Positions 54,648-64,000 of a stretch of 64,000 nt of DNA are shown here, one piece after another. Within the stretch, counting starts at the first letter, position 1. Every line of letters starts with the position of its first letter. The notes beneath the pieces are model-generated. The model worked only from the letters and a program-made list of their open reading frames with translations, ran no database searches and was not told the origin of the DNA. Both the position numbers and the translations under genes were made by a program. The stretch covers positions 1,607,780-1,671,779 of the forward strand of contig JAHDYR010000012.1 in the NCBI GenBank assembly GCA_019828565.1, written 5' to 3'. The DNA is from Carpediemonas membranifera BICM. Lineage: Eukaryota > Protista > Fornicata.

Positions 54648-55990
54648 TTACGAAGCCTCCGGATAATGGGAAGTGTCAAGTGAACCGGGGCCAGTGTCTG
54701 CACCCACCCAAATTTCTTCTTCGTCCTCCTCTGCCGGGTCAGATGTCTCGAAGATGAGGCTCCGTGTATTGTACGCCGTGATTCGCACGTCTTGGGGGCC
54801 AGTGGCGTCCGTGACTCTGGACCGAAAAATGGTCTTGAGATGGGCGTCGACGTGCACGCGACACAGCCACAGCTTGGCGTCTGGCCAGGCCTGACGAATT
54901 GCTGCGCGTTCAGCGGCATCATCTTCTGTGACGCTGTCCGGTGTCATTCCCAGACGCTGCTGCGAGGATGTACCGATCCATCGTGGCGGATGTAGGCGGG
55001 TTCAAAGACCTTCCGGTAGCCTTGGTCGGCATGGGATCCATGTTGGATGAGGTCGGTCAGCGCCGTCATGAACTGTGCCAGGGCTGGGGCGATCTCCTGC
55101 GAGACGAGTATCAACGCAATGTTGACGTTCGTGTTGTGATCAGTCAGGGCGTTGATGGAGTACGTGGCGTCAATCGACCAGCAGTACCGATACGCCTTGG
55201 CTGCGCTGAAGGGGTGGCAGACTTGAGCGAAGTCAGGGGTCGCGACGTAAAACCGGAGCATTGTTGGGTGCCATAAACTTGAATCTGAAGTCGAAGATCC
55301 TCGATGTCGTCCTTGGCCAATCTGGGCTCCTGGAGCTTGGCACTCCTCTGGCGCTGAATCGCATGTGCCGACATGTGCTGGGCTCGGTTCCTAGGGTCAC
55401 CTCCCTGCTTGGTCCACTCGACCTGGGTGCGCGAGTTGGGCGTGATCTTGCTGGAAATCATCACCTTGACAGCTCTAGAGGTGTGCTGTCGTTTATTGAA
55501 CTCGCCTTCCTCCTCTGACACGCAGGTATGACCCTTCCTGACTCGCAAAAGGTACTTGTCACGGTGATGAGCTGCTGAGGGCGCCTCGGACCAGGAAATG
55601 TTGTTCTGCTTGAACAAAATAGCTCGACCTCTTTGTCATACAGGTATGACTGGTCTTCACTCTCAGCATTGTACTTGGCGCTCGCGTGCACGGCAGAAGG
55701 GGTTTCGGACCATGGAATGCTATGTTGCTTGAACATAACAGCTTCAGTCCGACAATCTTTTACAAGGCGAAAGTATTTGAGTTTTCAGTTTATATTACAG
55801 TGCCGGGGCATCCACAAGGCACTGGCCACAACACGAGCCGGACAGGCGGCGATCAGCCGCACGAGGGCGACGGTTTTCTTCACAATGAGCGATGGGGGTT
55901 GCATGGCCTGGGAGAGCCGTGGACGAGGGCGAGATTGCGAGCCTCCATCGGGTTGACATGTGCTGAGTCACTACTTGTGTGACAATGCCG
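54648..55990 (-). pseudogene. Degenerate Mutator (MULE) transposase
   Basis: WSIDATY (first D) and TEDDAAERAAIRQAWPDAKLWLCRVH (second D plus CxxH), split over several frames. Confidence 0.75.
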
Positions 55991-56361
55991 GAAAGCTTGT
56001 CAAAGTCCACGGAAGTGTCTTCCTGCATGGCACTGCAAATGGGGGCGGAGGTGCGACGGTAATTCGCCGATGTGGGCGTCTTCGCCGTTATCTCCGCGGA
56101 AGACTCAGCGGATAAGCTGCCACAGCATGGGCCACCTCCCGGGGCGTCACGGCCTGACCCAGCCCCAGGTGATCCCGGGCAGCCGGGCCCAGACAAGCCG
56201 GCTTGGCCCGAGTCCGCGGGGGCGGGGCTCCGGGGGCCTCGGGCGACGGCTGGCAGTCAGGCTGGGGGAGTGACGACACCATATCGCTGACCTCACGGGC
56301 GGTGCAGCTACCGGGGCCCGGGGCAGTCTCTGGGGAGGCCAAGCGGCTGCTGGAGGGGCTG

Positions 56362-56958
56362 AAGAAAGAAAGAATTTAACGTGTCCTGTTACCCGTCCCA
56401 TCGACGCAGTCTTTCCTGTGTCAATGAAACCTCACAGTTTGTGCCACCCAGCAGGGTGGAACGCCGTAGCGCCGTTGGTGCCCCGGTGAGCTCACTAACA
56501 CTTCCTAAGGGGACGTTTGCAAGAGCCGTCAAGGCCCGGCTGGTACGCCGGGAACTATCCTATACAATACAACTATCCTATACATGGCTCCATCGAGATT
56601 CCCCAAGGTTAGGATAACCCAGGTCTTACTCTTGAGGGCCCTTCGGCTCCCCGGTCTGCCTGGCACCTACAAAGCCTTGCCCTGCACGCTGCTGTCAGGG
56701 GCCTTCCGCACGCTTCCCCTCTCCCCCGGGTCCCCTAGGGAGGTCCTGCAGTTTCCTCGACCAGGTCGCCATGTTTCGGGCACCCGCCGAGGCGGGGTCG
56801 GGCCTAGAGTTTGCCGTACCAGCTGGGCCGGGTTAGGAACCCACCGACGCCGCGAAGATAGACTTCCACGGACTTGCCGGCTGCGTTCGGGCTCATCTAG
56901 CGCTGTCCGATTTCACTCCAGGTTCCCATCCTCGGGGGGAACTCCCAGGGGCGGTCGC
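56362..56958 (-). repeat. Left arm of long inverted repeat
   Basis: Reverse complement aligns with 58041-58601; outer end is aagaaagaaagaa. Confidence 0.9.
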
Positions 56959-58040
56959 AGCTGGAGGGGCTGGTGGAGGCGGAGGCCTCCAGAGCCTTTG
57001 AGATACAGGCCTGGCGGACTGGGACCTTACAGCACGCAGCACAAATTTCGTCTTCCAAATCGGCAAAAAAAAACTTCGGCGTCGTGATGTGACCGAATCC
57101 AGTTAAGTACCGACCTCAAATTCCGCAAAACAGTGTCCTTTGACATAAATGTCACATTTCTATGTAAGTCCCCCAAGTCCCCCATCACGACCTGTCTTTC
57201 AGGCTATGCTGGGCGGCCAGGATGACGCCGGTCGACAGAGGGTCGACCTGGCCCTAGCTCCGAGTGTGTGGGCCTCGGGGTTGGGGCGGGGACCGATGTC
57301 CCAGTGGCCCCGGCTGCCGGTGCGAGAGTACACCAGGAAGGTCTCGGCCACGGTGCTAGGGGTATCGATAGCAATCCCCAACCAGTCGTCTCCAGCCAGC
57401 CTCTCATCACGACAGTCGTAATGGCCGTGATGAGGCCAGCTTCACGAAGCGCGAAGACGACGGCCCAGGCGTCGCAGGCTGCGCCCTGGCTCTCAAACTT
57501 CTCGAGCTGGTCGGCAAGGGCAGGGTCCGGGGAGGCGGCAGCTAGGATGTAAGCTTTCAGACCGTGGGTGGCGCAGGCCCGGATGAAGTCGGAGTCCATC
57601 ACTGATTTATACGTGTCCGCATTGGAGCCATCGACCCGGGAGAGGTTGTCAACCACATCAGGGTGGGGATCGAGCCAAGCGCAGCGGGCCTGGAACCAAT
57701 GAGGACAACACCACATGTTCCGGTAGCGCCAGGCGGAGGGAAGGCTGCAAAGGACCACTAAGGGACAACCGCATACAACAAGCACGAAATAGGGAAGGCC
57801 TGGCAAAACAGCTGGGTCAGTAGGGCGCAAGCGTCCGGACAAGCGGTCCGGCGCATCCCTCCGGCGCGCAAGGGGGTACCCCCTCCCCACACAGTGGGGG
57901 CGCACCAGGAGGATGATGCATGGCAGACTGGCGGAGGTACTGGATGACGCAAGAAGCTACCCACTCCGTCGGTAACCTGCCGGGAAGGCAGGGCCATCCT
58001 GATGTGGCCCGGCGCCTAGCCAGGAACACTGGAAGACGTG

Positions 58041-58601
58041 GCAACCGCCCCTGGGAGCTCCCCCCGATAATGGGAACCTGGAGTGAAATCGGACAGCGCT
58101 AGATGAGCCCGAACGCAGCCGGCAAGTCCGTGGAAGTCTACCTACGCGGCGTCGGTGGGTTCCTAACCCGGCCCAGCTGGTACGGCGAACTCTAGACCCG
58201 ACCCCGCCCTGGCGGGTGCCTGAAACATGGCGAGCGGGTCGAGGAAACCCCAGGACCTCCCTAGGGGACCCGGGGGAGAGGGGAAGCGTGCGGAAGGTCC
58301 CTGACAGCAGCGTGCAGGGCAAGGCTTTGTAGGTGCCAGGCAGACCTGGGACCCAAAGGGCCCCTAAGAGTAAGACCTGGGTTAGCCTAACTTTGGGGGT
58401 ATTAATGTGGCCATGTATAGGATCCCTCTAGCGTACCAGCTAGGCCTTGACGGCCGTTGTTTACGCCCTCTTAGGAAGTGTTAGGTGTGCTCTGTAGAGG
58501 TACCAACACGCTTAGGCGTTCCTCGAAGGGGTGACACAAACTGTGACATTCAGCTTACACAGCAGGACGAGTAGCAGGACACATTAAATTCTTTCTTTCT
58601 T
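58041..58601 (+). repeat. Right arm of long inverted repeat
   Basis: Inverted, diverged copy of 56362-56958 ending in (tttc)n. Confidence 0.9.
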
Positions 58602-58788
58602 TATCAGGGTGGGGATCGAGGGTTTTCCCTGCGATGAGCCTGCCCACGGCCTCAAAGGCACAGTCGCCTCGGGGAGCCGCATAATCGTGCAGCCTGGATT
58701 TTCGGCACTGCAGTAGCGGTAAGGATGGCCTTTCCCGCGGTGCACCTTAAGGTCATCGATTTCCCTTGAAACCGGAAAATCAGCAATA

Positions 58789-59091
58789 ATGCCTCTAACT
58801 ACCGTAGCTGGTCTCAAGCCACTCTTCAACAACGTGCTTCTTAAGAAAATAGTGGAATCCAGGAAGGTTGGCGGCGTCATTCTCCCCGACACCGCTCGCA
58901 CTCCTCTCCAGCAGGCCACAGTGATTGCTGCGGGCCCTGGAAGCTACAACCAGGTCGGACAGCTGATTGCTACATCTGTGAAGGAGGACGATAAGGTACT
59001 CTTCAGCGATTTCGCCGGCCACAAGCTCTCCGTCATGGGCGACGAGTACATCATGGTCCGGGACTCCGACATCATCGCCAAGCTGCCATAG
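58789..59091 (+). CDS. cpn10: Chaperonin 10 (Hsp10/GroES family), likely organellar
   Basis: LKPLFNNVLL..GGVILPD..TVIAAGPG..VKEDDKVLF..RDSDIIAK. Confidence 0.95.
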   Translation: MPLTTVAGLKPLFNNVLLKKIVESRKVGGVILPDTARTPLQQATVIAAGPGSYNQVGQLIATSVKEDDKVLFSDFAGHKLSVMGDEYIMVRDSDIIAKLP

Positions 59092-59505
59092 AGGCGGACT
59101 GTAGGATTCATACGGTAAATAGTCCATTTTATTTGAAAGGTGAGTGAGCTTCGCCATTAGGAGGAGAAGGAACCTCGTGCTGAGTGGCCCAAAGAGGGCA
59201 TATGCTCTGTCATGTCCTGTTACAACGTCTGATGTTTCCTCCCGATGTGATTGGACAATTGATTGATTGCATTCACAACCTCGACAGCCTCGCGCTTTTC
59301 GTCCGATTTCGAAGGTGCAGCCATTGGGAACTTATGTCACTGTCACGCTGTCTAGCATACTGCTTTCTACTGGCGGCACTGCCGCAGCTCTGGCCGGAGA
59401 GGATGCTCGGACCCATGAACTCTAACGTAAATCACCGAGTTACATAAACCAATTCATGTATTGGCTTAGAAAATCTGCGCGGCCTCAAACTCGACCAGGA
59501 AGGAC

Positions 59506-61131
59506 ATGCGTGCGCCATTTATTGTAATAGAGGGCCTAGATAGATCTGGAAAGGATACTCAGGCGGAAAAGATATGTCACTATATCGCCACTCGTATGAA
59601 CGCTAAGTTGATCCATTTCCCGAACCGTGAGACAGCTACAGGCCGCCTTATTAACGACTACCTTCAAAAGAAGATCAAATTGACCGACACCGAGATTCAT
59701 AACCTCTATGCTATCAACAGACGTGAGCAAGAGGTCGCCATGCGCCACGACCTCGTCAACGGCACCGCCCTGATCTGCATCCGGTATGCTTTCTCAGGCG
59801 CCGCGTACTCCAAGGCCAAGGACGTGCTCGAGCTGCCCCTAGAAGCATGCCTCGGCCCCGACCGCGGCGTCATTGCTCCAGACGCCGTCCTCTTCCTGGC
59901 TAGTAGGGTGGCCGACGTGTCCGCCCGGGCGGGGTTCGGAGACGAGATTTATGAGACATCCCCCTTCCAGGCAAATGTCGCGGCAAGTTTTGAACTCGTC
60001 AAACAAGAGTCGGTCGACTCTGTGCGGTGGGTCGACATCCCGACCGGGACCATCGAGGAGGTGTTCGAGTCCATCAAGGTGGAGCTTGACAGGATGCTCG
60101 CAGACGCTGCTAGTGACAACCTGGGCCCTATCAGGCGGCTGTGGGCGACCCCCAGCGGCGACTCACAGCAGCTCGAGACAGACCGTGTCATCCTTGTCGA
60201 CGAGGACGACCGGGCCGTCGGATCTGGTACGAAGCGCGACACACATGTCCACCCAGGCCAGCTGCACCGTGCGTTCAGTCTGCTTCTCTTTGATGAGGCG
60301 GGCCGACTCCTTCTCCAGCAGCGGGCGGCCTCGAAGACGACATTCCCCCACTACTGGAGCAACACCGTCTGCTCGCACCCCCTGGACGTCCCTGACGAGA
60401 ACACGGAAGTCCCCATCGTCGGAGTCAGGCGGGCCCTGGTCAGGCGGGCTAAATACGAGCTCGGACTCGACCTGGGCGATGTCGAGCTGACATGCCCCGC
60501 TCGTATCAGATATCATGCAAGATCTGACTCAATCTGGAGTGAGAATGAGGTCGACTACATCATGGTCGGCCGGGTTGAGGGTCGAATCGCGATGACTGCC
60601 AACCCTGACGAGGTCAGCGCGGTCAGATGGGTCGACCGGGAAGAGATGGCCGCCATGCTCGCGGACAGGAGCCAGCTGGTGTCCCCGTGGTTCCGGGCGA
60701 TTTGCGAGCAGCTCATCCTGGCTGCATGGAGCGGCACGGATGTCAGATTGACTGAATCTAAGGATTTGATCCGGATACAGCCCGATATTCCGGCATCATT
60801 TGTGCCCCTTGAGGTCCGGCAGCACGTCTTCGTGGCGGCAGTGCCCAAGTCCCCTTTCCAGTTCCACCGCATCATCTGCCCGTGGCGGTCTGTCACTGCT
60901 GTGGACGACCTGACCGAGACAGAGGCGACAGAGCTCTTCATCACCCAGCAGGAGGTGGCTCGGCAGCTCAAGCGGCTGGCTGGGGTCGACTCGTGCACTA
61001 TCCTGCACATGTCCGAGCTGATGGGGTTCTCCGGCATGCAGGACAGGCTGTGTGTACATGTGGCCGCCAGAGGGGACGACGGTGTGAGGGATGAGGTGTA
61101 CGACATGCTCAGGGGCAGCCTTGTCCAGTGA
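59506..61131 (+). CDS. Fusion protein: thymidylate kinase, type 1 IPP isomerase, HIT-like domain
   Basis: IEGLDRSGKDTQ/FPNR/GDEIYE (TMK); LHRAFS..QQRA..TFP..WSNTVCSHP..WSENEVDY (IDI1); ICPWR..DLTETE..CVHV (FHIT-like). Confidence 0.9.
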   Translation: MRAPFIVIEGLDRSGKDTQAEKICHYIATRMNAKLIHFPNRETATGRLINDYLQKKIKLTDTEIHNLYAINRREQEVAMRHDLVNGTALICIRYAFSGAAYSKAKDVLELPLEACLGPDRGVIAPDAVLFLASRVADVSARAGFGDEIYETSPFQANVAASFELVKQESVDSVRWVDIPTGTIEEVFESIKVELDRMLADAASDNLGPIRRLWATPSGDSQQLETDRVILVDEDDRAVGSGTKRDTHVHPGQLHRAFSLLLFDEAGRLLLQQRAASKTTFPHYWSNTVCSHPLDVPDENTEVPIVGVRRALVRRAKYELGLDLGDVELTCPARIRYHARSDSIWSENEVDYIMVGRVEGRIAMTANPDEVSAVRWVDREEMAAMLADRSQLVSPWFRAICEQLILAAWSGTDVRLTESKDLIRIQPDIPASFVPLEVRQHVFVAAVPKSPFQFHRIICPWRSVTAVDDLTETEATELFITQQEVARQLKRLAGVDSCTILHMSELMGFSGMQDRLCVHVAARGDDGVRDEVYDMLRGSLVQ

Positions 61132-61174
61132 TAATCGAGTTGGTGATAAATCACTGTACAGGCTCTTATACAAG

Positions 61175-61700
61175 GCCCGCTGAGGTCGACTGCGAAGACT
61201 TCTGCGCCTCGGACGCGGGAGAAAAGATCCTCGGGCGTCGGGAGGGCAGCGGTTACTGGTACCGTGGCGGCGTTCAATGGCGGTAGTCCAGGTCGTCAGC
61301 CGGCTCAAAGTCCTTAGGGTTGACGATCCGGTCGACCTTGGGGAACTTAGCCCGCACTCGGTCACCCTCGATCGCTGTCGGCGGTGGGATATTCTCGTGC
61401 TCTGACACAGACTGTCTAGAACATCCTTGCGGACGAGGACCCACTCGCCAGGCTGGAGGCGATCGAAGCGGTTCGACGGGTAAGCTTGATCCTTGACCTG
61501 TAGGCGCACTCTATCCCCCTCAAGCTTGGCGAGGATCGTCCGAGAGCCTTGGTTCTGTCGTCTTCGGAGGTGTCGGCGGGCTGTTGCTCGACTCGGCAGG
61601 TGGACGAGCAGGGTAGCCGCGGCAACGGCGTACGGGGGCCGGTCGCCGAGAGCCTTACGCGGGATAGCGTTCATGTTCGACTCGGCTTGGGCCAGGGCGG
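61175..61700 (-). pseudogene. Gypsy pol fragments (integrase C-terminal piece and RT piece)
   Basis: MNAIPRKALGDRPPY..LQPGEWVLVRK and LPTPEDLFSRVRGAEVFAVDL. Confidence 0.6.
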
Positions 61701-62599
61701 AATTCCATCGGTGGGTTTCTGGTATCTACATCCGGCAGCAATATAAAAATAAATAAATGGGCTGGGTTTGGGAGACGGAGGGGGCGAAGGCCCTGGTGCG
61801 ATCCGGGATGGGATACGAGGGGACGCAGTATTCCGACCACGGGAACTTTCACTCTGCTGACTTTATTGGGTGTACAGCTCGGGGTGAGTGGCTGGGGGGA
61901 ATCTTGAACCCTAGGTCAATGAGGGACCTCGAGGCCCCCCGCCCAGGACGGACATAAACTTTCTTTCTTTCTTCCTTGGCTGGGTTTGGGAGTGTTCGAT
62001 TGTTGGCAGCGCGGTGGGGCACGTTTGATGCGTGGTTTGACGTTGGCGGGGGACGCAGGCAGGCAGTAAATGGCAGCATAGGTCGACAGTTGGATCGATT
62101 GCCTCACTCGACCATTATAGCCACCCCATCTGACAAACCCTCCACCGTGAACCATTGTCCACAATGTGTGGCTCTATAACAGAGAGCCCTCCTCTTAAAT
62201 CCAACGAAATGGGGGGGGCGAGTATTTACATCGGGTGGCTACCCCGAGCTCTTATGACTGACCCGGGTAAATCCTCGTCTCGCGATCCGGACACGTCCGA
62301 ACCGGCTCCGACACCTGCCGATGCGTTTCGAAGTGTGCCATAAAGTGCACATTGATCGGCGCGCGCAGGTGCCAGTGATGGTCCTGTGACAGGAGTCTGG
62401 GGAGTCGCGACCTGCTTCAAGCGAAAATCGGTGAGATGCTCTCTGGTAGGTCCGGTGGAACGCTGTCGCCTCAAAGGACATACGGTACAGTTGAGTACGG
62501 GGATGCAGTCTACGCACGTGAGTCTGGCCCTCGGTGACCCAGATGATAGACATATGCTCGCACCAGAACCCATTGATCTCTGATAAGGCTCTTTACTTC

Positions 62600-62835
62600 T
62601 CGAGATGGACGCCATGATGCATGCGGGTCATCGACAGGAAGCTCTGCAAGCTGGTCAGAGTGAGGACGCCCGACTAGTATGAACTGGCTGACCCGCACAG
62701 CATTGAGATCGCAGTCGAGTCCATCAGGGCGGCATACAACAGAGGAGACGCGATCATCTGCGCCGACGCGACGAACACATACGCGACGACACGCCGAGTA
62801 CACCTGCACGCAGTGATTAAGGAGTATTTACCGGT
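62600..62835 (+). pseudogene. Possible non-LTR (CRE/R2-like) RT fragment
   Basis: MRVIDR..IEIAVESIR..IICADATNTYATTRR resembles RT motif D..NAF...R; internal stop. Confidence 0.4.
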
Positions 62836-62842
62836 AAGGTCC

Positions 62843-64000
62843 GGAGTCGCCTGCTCTGTCGCACCCAGACGAGGGTCGAGTTGGGTCGACCGCGCATCGA
62901 GGCGGGCGGAGGGCGCCGGACCGCGCGCTACCGGAATACGTGGAGTGAGTATCGCTCTGCTGATTCCAGGAGCGCGCTGCCCGTTCGCGTCCGACTCATC
63001 GTTTTGGGGGTCGAGTCACATCTCGGCCCCAAATGAACTGCCCACACGTATGCTGCAAGGGAACAGTCAGAGCAAATCGATGCGCGGAGGGGAGGGACCA
63101 GGTGTGCGCGAGGGCAGGCCGGGAGGCTAGTCCTCTGGCGCACAGCGAAATCGGTCTGGGTCGGTCAGACCCATGTCAACCCAGACTCCATCACTCAAAA
63201 TGGTGCGTGCATGCATGCTTTAGAGCCCAGCCCGATGCTATATCGGCCATCAATTTGGTTGACGAACTGTTCACCTGCCTTTCGAAATCCTCTCGAGACT
63301 GCGGGTCCGAAGCTGAGCGATGCCGTCACCTCGACTACAACCATCGAATCGCTGCCGCTCTGCCATAATGCTTGTATAGCCCTCTTACATCTGTATCCGG
63401 GCTGTTACCAGCAGGGGCACACTGGAAGTATGCGTTTGGAGTCGGCCCGATCTTCGATCTCGACGGACATCGAACATGACGAGTAGAGGTCGGAGAGGGC
63501 TGAAACTCACATCATTACACTGTACGAGAAGTTCATACAGGATGGCTGACCCATCTTAGTCTTTAAACTCCCAACCTAAGGTTCTGGAGTCGTCGAAATG
63601 ACGACTCAGTTTGACTCGATCCACCCTCAGCCCGCACCCAATGGCATAGCACCATCAACTAGGCCTGGATATAGTGCGAGTGCCCCACTAACAGCCTTGG
63701 ACGCAACGTCTGCCGTCCTCGAGATGGTTGTGCAGAATACGCCATCTTTTTTCACACATCCCTTCGCGACCTCGAATAATCGCTCTCCAAGCACCTCTGC
63801 TGCTATATTTGTGCACGATGCTCATTTAATACGTCTAGATCACGATTCCTCACTCTCTTTCAGTTTCGGTCACTTCTTCGTGCCGAACTAAACAACATCA
63901 ATCAGGTGCGCCGACGGGACCCTGGAGCGGCAACAAGGTAAGTCCGCCACCATCTAATGCTGTCAAAATCCTAGCTGTGCGCCACGGCGTCTTCGGACCC
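62843..64000 (+). repeat. Dispersed repeat, copy 2 (runs off the window)
   Basis: Near-identical to 39012-40170. Confidence 0.93.

Noticed and set aside
58097-58660. Hammerhead ribozyme (ctagatgag..., ctgcgatgag...) suggesting a Penelope-like element
   Set aside because: No canonical CUGANGA core with GAAA and supporting stems could be built.
58789-61131. Bacterial operon or contamination (groES, tmk, idi)
   Set aside because: No groEL, the TMK and IDI motifs are eukaryote-type, and the genes are embedded among eukaryotic genes and transposons.

Overview
This window is eukaryotic, from a GC-rich, gene-dense flagellate protist; the ~33-34 nt introns with branch point next to the 3' AG suggest a fornicate/metamonad, which I have not verified. 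Bases 1-38.5 kb are a nested cluster of at least 9 distinct Ty3/Gypsy LTR retrotransposons; all four integrase C-termini visible carry a chromodomain. Their LTRs are tiny (about 41-53 bp, up to 84-99 bp). In place of a tRNA primer-binding site they carry a 10-14 bp palindrome that overlaps the LTR end; its sequence differs between families while the symmetry is kept. The cluster includes a 4.8 kb tandem duplication. Inserted into it is an 11.3 kb DNA transposon (26280-37618; 50 bp TIRs, 2 bp TSD, DDE transposase) whose cargo looks like a chromatin toolkit: GNAT acetyltransferase, OTU deubiquitinase, SET methyltransferase, double-PHD protein and a caspase/CHAT-like protease. Bases 41.6-50 kb hold host genes: RNase H2C, CTLH/UBA-like, PCI/CSN7-like, CEP192/Spd-2-like, Rab GGTase alpha and IFT46. 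Bases 50-64 kb hold another short-LTR Gypsy, a decayed Mutator transposase, ~600 bp inverted repeats, cpn10, a thymidylate kinase-IPP isomerase-HIT fusion, retroelement fragments and a 1.16 kb dispersed repeat. All calls come from reading motifs by eye; no database searches were run.
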